Assembly (NCBI GenBank): GCA_028534125.1
Contig: CM052817.1
Coordinates: 14,634,001-14,698,000 of the forward strand
Length of the DNA: 64,000 nt
Direction of reading: 5' to 3'
DNA from: Lama glama
Taxonomy: Eukaryota
The position numbers and the translations under genes were made by a program. The notes under the pieces were generated by a model. That model was not told the origin of the DNA. It was given only the letters and a program-made list of their open reading frames with translations, and searched no databases. Shown piece by piece: positions 12,750-25,355 of this stretch (the stretch's first letter is position 1; every line of letters starts with the position of its first letter).

Positions 12750-13960
12750 AAAAATAATAATTTCAGATCCAGATACAAGTTATGAAGAAACAGAACTGGT
12801 TAAAAGGATGGAAAATGACTCGGATTGTCTATTTGCTTCCCTAGGACAAGGAAATCTGAGCAGAGATCAGAATGCTGAGAAGGAGGCAGTCATAATTAGA
12901 TTCAAAAGAAAATCATTCCAACCAGAAGGAACAGGAAGTGCAAAGGCCCTGAGGTAGGAATGAACTTGACATGATTGAGTGACAATAAGAAAGCAGTCAG
13001 ACTAAGCTTCAGTGTGTGAGGGGTAAGGCGGGAAGATAAGACTGGAGAGTCAGGCAAGGCATAGGTTATGTAAGACTCTGTGGGGTGAAGTAAAGGAGCT
13101 GGATTTTATTCTAGTTGCAATCAGAGACTCCTAAAGAACTTTGCAGGAGGGTCATATTATTTGCTTAATCTTTCCACTGGCTTCCCTGTGGAAACTCCAA
13201 AGGAAACAGCAAGACCAACTACAAGGCATTATCAAGACAAATGAATGGGGGTGATTTGAAATACAGTTTGGTGAGGATTAATTACTAATCAACTGAGGGG
13301 TATAAAGAAAAGATGAATTATAAGAAAGTCAGAGAGGAATCCTAGATTTAGGGGCTGAGGATGGCAATAGCATTTACAGAGATGGAAAAACCCTAAGAAC
13401 AGATAAGATGGGAGGGGCTGTTAACAGTTGTGTTCTGTTCATTTAAGTTTGAGATACCGGTTAAGCCTCCACATAGAGATACTGAATAGACGGTTCAATA
13501 TAGGAATCTCGAGCTCGGGTTATAGGTTTGGGTTTCACTAGCACAAACGTGGTGCACTTTAGAGGCACAGACATGAATGAGATCGCCTAGGCTGTGAGGT
13601 AGCTAATTCACAAAGAAGTTCTGTGTCACTTTCAGCTTTTGAGATCTGGTGAAGGGATGACGGGGAGATGGATGGAGAAGAAATGGCCAATATAGTAGAA
13701 AGAAAACCAAAGAAAAGAGCATGGTAAAGCATTACAGATGCTGCTAGGAATTCAAATTAAGTAAGGATAGAGCAGTGACCAATAGGTTTGGAACTAATGG
13801 GGGAGGAAGGAAGTAGAGTCTTGGAGTGGAGAAGACTCATAAAGTTTTTCTTTGAACAGAGAACAGAGAAATCAGCTAGAGATATCCTTTCTCTGAGGCC
13901 AAGAGAAAGGCTATCTTCCAGGAGAACAATATTAATGAATATATTGTAAACCCAATAAGA
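12750..13960 (-). mobile_element. L2 LINE fragment (~1.2 kb)
   Basis: ggaagtgcaaaggccctgaggtaggaatgaacttg, ggattttattcta, aagtttgagatacc: L2 reverse-strand motifs. Confidence 0.8.
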
Positions 13961-13989
13961 ATAACCCAATGGAGAGATGCTGGTCGATT

Positions 13990-14390
13990 GCATTAATTCG
14001 GCAAGGCTACATTATTGTGCAATAAGAAATTTTCAAAAATCTCATTGGAACACAATAAAATTTTATTGCTCACTCTCAATGATAGTCACTGGAGGAAAGG
14101 GTGGGCGTGCATTTCTCTGTTCTGGTTTTTGCAGCCATTCAAAGACACCCCTTCCATCTCAACACAAAACTTTTCAATTCCTTTAGAGGAGAGAGAGAGA
14201 ACATGGAGGTTATGCAGAGGAGGCAAAGACCAGGTCTAGGAGTGGTGCACATCACTTCTACCCACAACCCATTGGCCAGAACTCATTCATTTGGTTCCAC
14301 TAACACAATGGGAGAGTGAGCAAATGGTCTTCCTATGTATCCAGGGGAAATGAATTGGGTTTGATAAATACCTATACCTGTCATTGCAAA
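13990..14390 (-). mobile_element. MLT1J/K-like MaLR LTR
   Basis: aaaatctcattggaacacaataaaattttattgctcac...catcacttctacccacaacccattggccagaactc. Confidence 0.75.
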
Positions 14391-15830
14391 TGTCTCTATT
14401 TTTGATTTCCAAATATGCATTTTGTTCTTTCTCCCACAAATAGAACATGCTCACACCCTCCCCAGGGAGGCAGCCTGGAGATCCAATCTGCACTGAAACT
14501 AGCTCAAAGTCCAGGATTTCTGGGTAACCTCTCCATTTCCATCTGGATGTGGCTCCTTCTTGTACAACAACCTATGAACTAAGAAGACAAGATCCCCTCC
14601 CCCACCCCCACCCCTGCCATGGTGGGCCAGGGAAACAATAACCGCGTGGACACCTAGGAGATGCTTAGTAGCCACTAGTCTCTAGCAATTTCGATACATC
14701 ACTGGGCCAACTTTGTGAAGGTCTTCTACCATGGAAGGGGTGAAAGCTCCTTGAACTGACCCCAATTCTGCTCTCTTGAAGGAGAGAATCGCCTGCCTTT
14801 TGTTCTTTATGATTCTGGACTTCACTCAGGGACATTCTTCCTGGTTTATCATCCACGTTGGCCACATCTGACTTGGGTGTTGGAGAGTGGATCTTTTAAT
14901 TGTGGCACAGCTCACGCGGCCCATTTCCTGCATGTGGGTTGTTTCAAGGCTCAAACAATTAAGCTTTTTCTAGGCAAGTCACACGAGTTCTTTGGGAGCA
15001 AGTTCTCTCAAGCAACTAGTATGCTTCTGATTTATTTGCTTCTGGTTAGATCCATGTGCTGTTAACTGTATTCATAATTCTTTTGTAGACTTGGATCACT
15101 GATCTTTTTATTTCTTCTCTCTCTTGCCCCCATGCCTGCCCCTCTCAACCTAATGGCCGCTACCTAAAGGCGATGAGGCTTGAGTGGACAGACCATTTCT
15201 TTGACTCAGAGCTGATCTCTGCCTCAAAGCTGAGTCACTCCACACAACTAAGAAGCCTCACTGGGTCTTTGCCTCTCAAAGCCTTTTCAAATCACATGTC
15301 TTCCTTGGAGCCTAGAAGCAATTGACTTTTCCAAAGCTGGAGGACCCTGACCTTCGAGATCTTATTCTCCTTCTTTTTTGCATATAATCTGTCCAATTCT
15401 TTATCTTTTTTATACCATATTTCATTGATTATGAGATGCATATTCACTTTTCATTTTAATATCTTTGACATTGGGCTGCCTTTCATAATTGATGCAATAA
15501 AAAGGCATAATGTCCAAGCTTAACTGATGTTTTTCATCCTGAGTGAGACATAAAATAACGGTGTGTCTTGCAATTTATGACGTATCATAGTCTATGAACT
15601 TTAGAAATAACTTGCAAAATGTAGTTAATAACAATGAGTTTAAACTTACTAACATCATTGTTCATCTCTTCCTCTAGAAATGTAAGCTCAGCACAGAGCC
15701 TTCTAAGTGATCACAGGTGTCAAGTGTGCCGAAGTTTTGCCACGACATACATGTATCTCCAATCGTCTAGGTCTCTATTGTTGTTTTCTGATCATTTGCC
15801 ACCCCATTGCTAAGCAAATATTATGGTACC
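14391..15830 (-). mobile_element. MaLR internal (MLT1-int) sequence contiguous with the LTR, interrupted by MER104
   Basis: Follows the LTR with ctcccacaaatagaacatgctcacaccctccccaggg...gctcaaagtccaggat; ends near ggtacc, as MLT-int does. Confidence 0.6.
15414..15604 (+). mobile_element. MER104 (Tc2/mariner-type MITE)
   Basis: ta-ccatatttcattgattatgagatgcat...cataaaataacggtgtgtcttgcaatttatgacg..., with decayed terminal inverted repeats. Confidence 0.8.
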
Positions 15831-16049
15831 AGTCATCAGGCACAGTGGTTCTCTCTGCCACATCTGAGAAGCTGTACACATGCTTACATGCTTTGGTTTG
15901 GCCTTTTGCTCCTATCCTCCCATGACCAGAGCATGTCTCAAGCAAAAGCTGATCCTTCAGTCTAACTCCCAAGATAAGACATGTGGAGAAGTGCTAAGCA
16001 GATGGGACAAATCATAAAATTCAAAAGACACTCAGCCTAGAAGCTTTTA

Positions 16050-16490
16050 GAGATGATTTCCATGAACCACTCACAGAACAAAAATTCTTATCTTATGCAA
16101 ATTGCTTCACAGAATAAAAAAAAAAGGAAAGCTACAAACTCATTCAATGAGGCTAATGTAACATAGATATCAAACCTAGATAAGGATAGCATAAGAAAAA
16201 ATATTTAAGCCAATCTGATTTAAAAATATAGAGGCAAAAACTTCAACACATACAAGTAAAATAAATTTAGCAGTCTGTTAAAAAAATTCACCCCAACTAA
16301 AATGAGTTAATCCTAGGAAAGCAAAGAATTCTATGTTTTTTAAAATGTATCAATCACCAGAATAACATATTAAAGGGGAAAACATAATTATCTCAACAGA
16401 TTTTAAAAAGTCATCTTACAAAAATTTCATGATGAAAACCTCTAAGCAAACGAAAAAAGAAGGAAAGATCTTTTCCTTGATAAAAAATGA
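16050..16490 (+). mobile_element. Decayed L1 ORF2 (reverse-transcriptase N-terminal region) fragment
   Basis: aactcattcaatgaggctaatgtaac...aagccaatctgatttaaaaatatagaggcaaaaa, a remnant of the PNSFYEA...RPISL.N.DAK region. Confidence 0.7.
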
Positions 16491-17859
16491 CTGGTTATGT
16501 GATGAAGACAGATGGTCCGCTGCGAAGGAGATGGACAGCATGCACTGCCCAGGCGACACTGTTCGACGTCCTCCCCGACAGAAGGCACTCAAAGTCGTGC
16601 TGTGTAATCACTGCGTGCATTCCCAGGACTGCTGGACAGGGCCCACTCCTCGTAGCATATTGTTTATGAGAGAATTGCCTTGGCTTGTCCTGTAATAATT
16701 TCCCCATGGCATTTTTCCTTCAGGAAGAAGACAAGTGTTGGAAAGCAGGGGTATTTGGAATCAGAGGGGAAACCAGCGTGGGAGGAAAGATGCCCATGGG
16801 CATCCATCTTTTCCATCAAGCTGCTCGGACACTACATTAAGCGTTTCCAATGACCACTTTATGTTCAACGTTTAAGCACCTGTTTAGAAACAGAAATGAA
16901 TTAAAGTACAAAGGATAATATCCAAGACTCCCTGCATGCAAAATCCTGCAAGATTTCCGGGATCTGGATTTCAATTTAGCCTACACCTGCGGAGAATCCT
17001 GGGTGTTCATGCTTAACCAAGCCCTCGTTTATCTTTGGATCCTCTCCTGCTACAGATAGAAGAGCTTAACTAAAGCAGCTGCAACCACCTTTTCATCCAT
17101 GCTGGTGCTGTTCTAAATTCTAAGATCGTGGCGGGAAAAAGCAATGAGGATCGGTCCTCAATGTTCCTTTGACTGCCATTGCCTCCGAGTGTCAAAGGGA
17201 GCCAGGGAGCTTAAAGGCTGTCACGGACACTCTCTTTAAAAAAAAAATAGCATGTCAAGGGCCTCAAATATCTCCTGCTTTCAGCCAATTCCTTTGGCAG
17301 CCAGCACAAGGGCTACTGTCACTTGAATTTCTCTGACGGAAGCCAGGACAGAGTCAGCTAGGTTTTCTTACATCCGTGTCCTTGCACAAACATTGTTATC
17401 CCCATGTTTCCCCTACTGGATCTGAGAGCTGTCAAGCTACAACAGCCTGTCCCAATTTTTGTTCAGTTCAAGTTAGGTTGTTTTGTGTTTTATCACAACA
17501 TGGAAAGCAATTGGGATTTAAAAAGAAAAGGATGTGCATCTCAATATTCAGCCACTTTTTCTTTTCTCTGAGAGTCTCTCTGTTCTCTTTCTCAGAGTTC
17601 TGAGAATCCTTCTGCTCTGGTTCAGGAAACCAGAACTAAACACAGCAGGAAACGGGTCTGCCCTTCTTGTTTCATACCAATCACTCTGCACCGAGACAAC
17701 GATCTCAATTCTTCCCGTTTTCCCTTCCGTATGGTGTATAAATCCCAGATCACCACTTCATTCATGCAGCAAATATCCTTTAAGCCCTTCCAGGATCTGC
17801 AATATCTTCTAGGGATGTAAAGGTGGGTGGAATATGGTTCCCTGCCTAGTCGGAGCCTC

Positions 17860-18420
17860 AGATTCATGAACTGGACAGCGCAGAACCAATAGCAGGTGCA
17901 ATGCTGGTAGGCTGTGATTGGGAGCAGAGAATGGTAGCACCCAGCCCAGCCTGGAGATATCAGAAAGGGCTTCCTGGAGGCAGCGACATATCAGCTGAGT
18001 CATACATGAGTAGGAGGAGAAGGGAATAAGAACAGACCAGGCAAAGGGAATGATAAGCACTAATGTAGGATTCCTCAATCTCAGCACCACTGACATTTTG
18101 GGACAGAGAATTATTTTCTGGTGGAGGGAGGGCTGTCCTATGCTGTGCAAGATGTTTAGCAGCAGCAAACCCAGCTTCTATTCACTAGGTGACAGTAGTG
18201 TCCCCTTTCTCAATTGTGACAATCATAAATGTCTCCAGACATTGTCAAATTTTACCCCTGGAGAATAAAATTGCCACTAGTTGAGAGCCATTGCACTGAG
18301 CATGGAAGGAAGAATTTGAAACAGGTCGAAATAGCTGGAGCATAAATCTTGAGACAGACAGTGACTGGCGCTGGCCGTGGAGAAGTTCGCAAAAGCCAGG
18401 TCTTCAAAGGCTTTTAATCC
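17860..18420 (-). mobile_element. L2 fragment split by MER20
   Basis: cagaaagggcttcctggaggcagcgacatatcagctgagtc, resuming after 18293. Confidence 0.6.
18066..18293 (+). mobile_element. MER20 (hAT-Charlie)
   Basis: ctcaatctcagcaccactgacattttgggacag...aatgtctccagacattgtcaaat...ttgagagccattg, near full length. Confidence 0.9.
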
Positions 18421-19434
18421 CTTCAGCTCCAGGAAAGTAACTGAACCTAACAAGAGTGTTTCCACTTTTGAGAAATAGGAATAGCAAGGCTTTTTTTCAG
18501 GGGAATGTGGCGAGGGCTGAATCAGATCCCTTCTGTAAAGAACTTAGCACAGTGCTGGTCACACATAAAAAGAGATTAGTCCCCTCTTTTCTTGCTCAGT
18601 TCCATTGTCCAGACTGGGAGTTGTGGTGATGAACTGAAGGGCAGTCAGAGGCCGGAGTGAGCGGTGGGCAGGGCCTCCGAGGCAGGACCGATTAAGCTGC
18701 AGGCAGGGCTGTCCATCATGGAGCTGGCCGTGCTCCCAGCTGGCCGACAGAGGCGTGAAGTCCTCCGGCCCCACGACATTGCCCTCACCTACTTCTGAGC
18801 TTATCTTTCCAGAACACCTGGCTCATGTGTGTTAGTCAGACACATTTCCTTGTCTAATGTTGATCTCAACCCAGCAAACAGCTGCAGTGGCCCTGTATAG
18901 ACCAGGTCATGGAAAAGAGGGGAGCAGATGATAAGAAACAGAAATTCTGGGTTTCGGGGCCTCCAGCTCAGGGCTGGGGAAACAGTACCCCCCCTCCTTC
19001 TGTCACTAAGCCAACAAGTTGAGGTCCAGCTCAGACATCTGTTCCTCCCAGAGGCCTGTCCCGGCGGCTGCCCTGCCCCCGTCGAAGCTGGAGCTTTCCT
19101 CCTCTAAGCAACCCAGGGCACTCTCATGACCCCTCCACCCGAGCCCTCAGCACCTTGTACTGCAACGGGTTTGTTGACTGGTTTGTTCACTAGTCAACGA
19201 CTTAAGTCACTTGGAGATAAGCATCTTGCATTTCTCAAATAATGATTGAATTAATGTGCCAAGATACGAAGCTCTGATAAAGCTCATTTCAACGGCTTGG
19301 TGAATGTAAGCAAGCAGAGGTTTTAAAAACAGAGCATCCTTGCCCTCTCCACGTGCCAACGCTTGCATGTGAGTCACATCCTGGCTAGCACACAGCTTGT
19401 TTTCAGTTCTTTGTCTCAGATTTTTTAACCACCT

Positions 19435-19937
19435 GTATGAGGTTTCTAGGGCTGCTGTAAGGTAGCACAGAATTAAATGATCTTGGTGACTTCAAGAAAC
19501 AGAAATTCATTCCCTCACAGTTTTGGAGGCCAGAAGTCTAAAATTAGTCCAACAGGGCTAAAATCAAGGTGTTGGCAGAGCTGTGGACACCCCCCACCAC
19601 CACCACCACCTTGCAACAAGAGGCTCTAGGGGGCTTTCTGGTCCTGGCCTCTCCCAGTTTCTGGTGGTGGCCGTGGCCATTTCTGGGCTTGGAACTGCGT
19701 GACTCCAATCTTTGCCTCCATGGTCACGCTGACCCCTTCTTTGTGCATCACTCTGCCTCTTATAAGGACACTTGTCATTGGATTTGGGGCCTGGTTAATC
19801 TAGGATGATCTCTTCATCTTAAGATCCTTAACTTAATTACGTCTGCAAACACCCTCTTCCAAATAAGGTTGCATTCCCATGTTCTGGGGATTAGTCACAG
19901 ACATATCTTTTTGGAGGCCACAACTCAAGCCACTATC
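19435..19937 (-). mobile_element. MLT1C/D-type MaLR solo LTR
   Basis: tgtatgaggtttctagggctgctgtaa...tcacagttttggaggccagaagtc...cttaacttaattacgtctgcaaa. Confidence 0.88.
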
Positions 19938-20570
19938 CCATCCTGCACCCATGATGCATCATTTAGAAAGCCCACTGGCTGTGGCCACTTCCAGCATCCT
20001 TTTAGCCTGTTGGGATCCAGCTCCATAGAGTTAGAATTAAACAGATAGCAGACAGTTATATACAGTTACATTATACAGCATATGCTCTTTACAAGTACTT
20101 TTCTTTCCTCGAGCATGTTGTAGCAGAAAGACTACTGGGCTCAGCGTTAAGCGTATGAGGACGGACTCCTGGGTTTGTACCTTATAGACAAGACAGCTGC
20201 AGTTTTTTCATTTGTAAATTAAGGGCCTTCGACGAGTTCATGTTTGTTTGTTTGTTTTTAACCTTGTTACCCATATCTTCATTCATTTAGTCTTCGTAAA
20301 AAGCCTACAGGATGGGAACTTTTGCAATACTGATTTTTAGAAATCAGGAAACTGCAGTTTAATATATTTAAACAATTTACCCATGATCACAAAGCAAGTC
20401 AGTCTAAAGCATGGTCTGTTATTTGAACCTAGCTTTTGCTAGACTCCTAAAGCTTTCCTTTCCGGGAACCATGATATCGATCTTGTCAATCACATCTGGG
20501 ACAGGAAGCTCTCTATTTTATCCTGTATTACTCTAATACAGGATTTCATCAGAGATTAAGACCCAAAATC

Positions 20571-20572
<2 letters not shown>

Positions 20573-20608
<36 letters not shown>
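20573..20608 (+). repeat. (CA)n microsatellite
   Basis: About 18 CA units. Confidence 0.97.
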
Positions 20609-20610
<2 letters not shown>

Positions 20611-21699
20611 TTCACAAGAGTCTATGAATAATTAAAAGTCAACATTGACAATGAGTGAAATTGCTGCCAAACTGCACACATTTAAACAAATCAGTTTTCA
20701 TCTGCTTGACACTAAGTGTTGATGGCCCTGAGCAGAGGCCTGTGTCAGCATCCTTCAGAGGCTTTGCTGGTACTTGACAACTGCTTGCAGCTAAACAAAC
20801 CCACTGTCAAGAAGGCTCGTTTCACTCCAAAAGTTTCTGCGAAGGAAAACTCTCTTCCCCCGGATTGCCAACCCAACCTCAGCAAAGCAGGGACCCTATT
20901 ATGACGGTCTTCTTGCCAGGGCTGGCTTTCATTCTGATTGCATGGTTTGGCAGACAAACAGCCAACTGCAGTTGAAGGCAAAAGCTGCAGTGAGCAAAGA
21001 AAGAGAACAGTAATAAACATTATAAACTGGAAAGAGAGTCGCCCTCATCTGAGAGATGAGAATTCCCACCAAGAGACATACATTTGAAATATCTGGTCCT
21101 CTATAGTGTATTCGTAAAGCAATAATTCATCTTACCATTTTTATTAATTGCAGATTGAATACCGATAGCAAGAGTTCATCCGTATTTCCATTCAGAATTA
21201 GTGCACTTTTATCCTAAAAGCTCTGATTTCCAGCCCCAAGGTCAAATACAGTCCTAAGCCTCAACATCTCGAGGGTGAGAAAGTCAGACTTTTAGGAGTG
21301 GAAAGGGGTTGGTAAGATAAAGACATGGCAGGAAACCTTGAACTGTCTCTAGAGGCTGGAGCGCTGAGCGCTCGCACCTGAGGCTCACATGTGGAAAACC
21401 ACCCTATGAGGCGGAACGGATGTCATTCTGAAGAAAGACCTGCGCTGATGGCTCGTGCTCTCTGCAGGGCTGCTGAAGTCTCTGGAGGAGGCTTGTGACT
21501 ACTCTGAGGCAAAGCTGGAGTGTCACTGAGAAATGTCAGGTGACACCTTTAATTTTCTCAACAGTCTGATAAAGCCAAGGTTATGGAAACAAACTGTACA
21601 TAGAACTTTTAGCTCTGACTTTGCCCAGGACCACAGGTACCTCTGGAGTCACCTAGGCCAGGCGTCTAAGATCACGTAGCCTCCTGGTCACATGACCAC

Positions 21700-22040
21700 C
21701 AACGCACCCGACACACGGCGCACTCCTTCACCTCCTAACTTCTCAACGACACGTGCACTGATCACTCTTTTTAAGTTATCACCACCTCACTCCCACTAGG
21801 GCACATCTAATGTTCCTTACTCTCCCTCCTTTTTCTTTAATCAGTAGTAATGGTCAACTTCTAAATAAATCCTATAGTTTACTTAAATACTCAATTTTTT
21901 TCTACTTTCTATCTCCCCTGTTACGAGATCCATAAGGTCCGAGATCTTCATTAGTTTTATTCATGATGTAATCCAAGCACCTAAAACAGTGTCTGGTGCA
22001 TTGTGGATTCTCAGTAAGAGATGTATTGAATGAATGAATG
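21700..22040 (+). mobile_element. L2a 3' end
   Basis: ccaagcacctaaaacagtgtctggtgcattgtgg...gtattgaatgaatgaatg terminus. Confidence 0.75.
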
Positions 22041-22289
22041 CAAACATCAGCACAAAATATGAAACAGAATATCCTGACATAGAGAAATGGTGAATGATAG
22101 AAGAACTATGTTCAGAAGCCAATCTTTTTTTGCTTAGGATCAAATAGTTTTTATGTGTTTATTGTCACAGAAATGACTGTCAGTAACTTGGGGACCAGAT
22201 ATATGGGGCAAGAGAAAATAATCAGGAAAATGCTCCTCAGCAAGGCCAGGGCCACACCCTACTTTTGGAGACTACTTGTTTAGAGCCCA

Positions 22290-22490
22290 AACCTTAGAGT
22301 CAGTTTCCAAAGACTCAAGTCCTGAGTCTCCCACTTTCTTTACCTTGTGCTTGATACCTAAACTCTCTAGGCTTCAGTCCTCCATTTATCAAATGAGGAT
22401 AATAATAATATCAAATTTAAGTGAGACAATCCATTGAGAAGCCTAGAACTCTGCCTGGTATATAGTAATCACCATTGTTATTATCATATA
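22290..22490 (+). mobile_element. MIR SINE
   Basis: cttcagtcctccatttatcaaatgaggataataataat...tgcctggtatatagtaa. Confidence 0.75.
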
Positions 22491-24619
22491 TTTAAACTAA
22501 ATTCTAAAACCCTTCCAGTCCATCTTGACCCGATAAACTTTCAGCCAGTAGAACATCCCCACGTATATATCAACAAGTAAACCCAACAACAAACACCCAC
22601 CCACGTACACAGTGATTCCCCAGAACCTTCCCAAATCAGGGCCAACTGGTTCCTGAATCTGCCACACACTGGTCTCAGTTCATAAATTCAATTTCTTATT
22701 GATGATCACATTCTATCATTTTCTCTCCAGCTCTCAGTGCTGCTTCGGGAACCTGACTCAGTCAGCTCCATCAGCTCTCCCAACTTAGACCAAGCCAGTA
22801 GGACGTGCAGCCAAAGTCACAAGCTGCTGGCCTTGACTCTGGCCTGGCCAACCCACCTCGTGCTCCTTGGCCAAGAGGACTTGAACATCCTCGAGCTTAA
22901 AACTCGAATATTGAATCCACCACTTACTTTCTTTGATGTTACACAAGATCTTAACTCAGTCATTCATTCACTCGATGGGCACGGAGCAATGTTTTACATG
23001 TTTATAGAATGCCAGAACAAGACAAAAATCTAATATGCAAAGCCAAAATACACTCTGTAAATTATCCCAAAGACCTGCAACATATTCAATGACGTGCAAT
23101 ACCTTTCCTAGCGTAGTCAATAGAGCCTGGGTGACTGCATCTTTCTACCTGTGACTCACAGTGATAAACTATCAAGGCAAAAGGCAGACACCCTAATTCA
23201 GATCAATAGAGCTTAATGTTGCTGCAAACTTATTGAATGCCATGCCACCGCTGCCTTTCTCATGAAGGAAACATTGCCCAAGGAATATTAATAAATTTCC
23301 AGAATGAAAAATCTTATATAAGGCCATACTGAACTGAGACATATATCATTCCTTTTACAATTCAGATTTCCAAATGCATAAATGGGCCAATCCATTTTAA
23401 GGAAGCTGTTCAACATGCAGCGGCTTCAGCTCTAGCTCCCAGCATTCTCTTTTAGCGACAGTATCATTAAGGCAAGTCCGAAGAACTGAGCTCCATTCTG
23501 ATCTTTGGGAAAATCCAATTTTAGAAGCACAAAAATGAATTGCTCTTGCCTTTTACCATTACCATATAGATATATATGTATATCTCCGATTTGATATGAT
23601 TAAATTACAATCCCTTGCTTTGTTATTACTCCTGCTCTTCTCAAATTGGATTTTTCGAAGGGACTCGTTCTTTGTGAGGTGCTAGCCACGCCAGTGCTGC
23701 CAGGTGCCCGGGTCGCTTTATGAGCATCGTTCCTTTCGGCACTCTGATGACATACGGTTGTGTGGACAAGATTGCAGAAGCAAATGACCGAGTCTGCAGG
23801 CTTGGAGATAAAGGCATTTAATTATAGTTTTAGTTCAGAGTCTGAATTTCTTGGGGCACATCCAAGGATTCTACCTCAGTGTGGGCATCTATAAAATAGG
23901 TAAAGCACAACTCTTCACCTCTCTTCCCACTAGAAAATTATTACCCACATCAGTCCCTATTCAGGAGCCCTGGCTCTGGCAAGGCCAGAATAACAGGTGG
24001 GAAGAAGAGAAACAGTGTTTAAAATATACTTTGAGATCTGGTGGTGAAATTTGCCAAATTAAACAGTCATGATTATTAAATGTGGAGAAAAAGGCAACAG
24101 AATTAAGACAAAGGCAATGATGGGCACCATTCATTGAAGACGTTGCAAATTCGAGGCATCTGCAGGTGGCTTTACATACATTGTTGTAAATCCTCACTGC
24201 CATCTTGTGAAACGAGTGTTCTTATTCCCACCTTTTCAATCCAATGAGCCAATTGAGATTTATAGTATTTATAGCTGTCAAATACTTTAACCAAGTTCCC
24301 ATATATAACATGTCGCAAAGTCTGTGATTAAATCCAGCTTCCCTTCTGGCTCCTATAAACAAGCTGTAGCCTTGCAATTGTCATGAGACTTAGAAGAATT
24401 TAGGGGGAAGAGATGGGCTTCCATGCACCTTACAGGTACTGAACATCTCAGATGATTAGGGATGTGTGTGTGGATGTCTGTCTATTTGTAAAACACCAAT
24501 TCCCATGCTACTCTCTTCCCCTTTGTTAATCATGTCCTAAATTATGACACATCTTTAGCCATCTTTGGGCTCTTCCACAAAACATGGAGCTCGTTAATCC
24601 ACTGGTCTCCAGACATTGC

Positions 24620-24710
24620 TCTTTTTTTCTTATTGAGGTATAATTGACATATAACTTATTAGTTTCACGTGTACCACATAATGATTCGATATTTGTATAT
24701 AACAAGAAAT
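24620..24710 (-). mobile_element. Very short L1 3' tail
   Basis: ttttttcttattgaggtataattgacatataac...gtaccacataatgattcgatattt. Confidence 0.8.
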
Positions 24711-24959
24711 GGGGGGTTAACAATTAAATGGGGGGTGAATAAGTGGGGTTACCATCTGCTGGTGACAGCTCTTGTTAAATACTCGACAGTTATTATCACT
24801 GCCTTTCTACAGCACTGTTCTCCCAGATAACAGCTCCTTTTATATGTTTAATAGCGATGATCACTACTCTTGTACACCACAGTTCCAAAGTCTCTGTAAT
24901 CATAATGCTCCAAAAGCAATGGCAATAACCATTTTTGAGTCCCTTGTGTCCATATTTGA

Positions 24960-25355
24960 TTTCCCAGTGCTCATTTCAGCACTAGGCTACCTGTCATTCC
25001 TCCCAGCACGGCATCCTTTGCTGGCTCTAGTCTTCCACCCAGGCTTATTTTTCTGCCTAAAATATCTTCTCCCTCGTCTTTGTCTGGTGAAATTGTATTG
25101 CATGTGTTCATTCTTCATGGCCAAGGTCAAAAAGCACGGCTTCTCGAAAGCTTTCTCTAAACTTTCCAGATTAAATTAATCAATCTCTTTTGTTTCTGTA
25201 AATATTTCATACTTTAACAGGAACAGTTAGCATCTACTTGAGTAGAAAACAGTTGTGTTCATTTCCTCTGTTGTGCCTCATCCCTGGAAGCCCTGCACCT
25301 AATACAGGGCTTGGCACATAATAGCAACTCAGTAAACATTCACTGAATTGCATTG
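24960..25355 (+). mobile_element. L2 3' fragment
   Basis: gcacctaatacagggcttggcacataatagcaactcagtaaacattcactgaattg. Confidence 0.65.
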
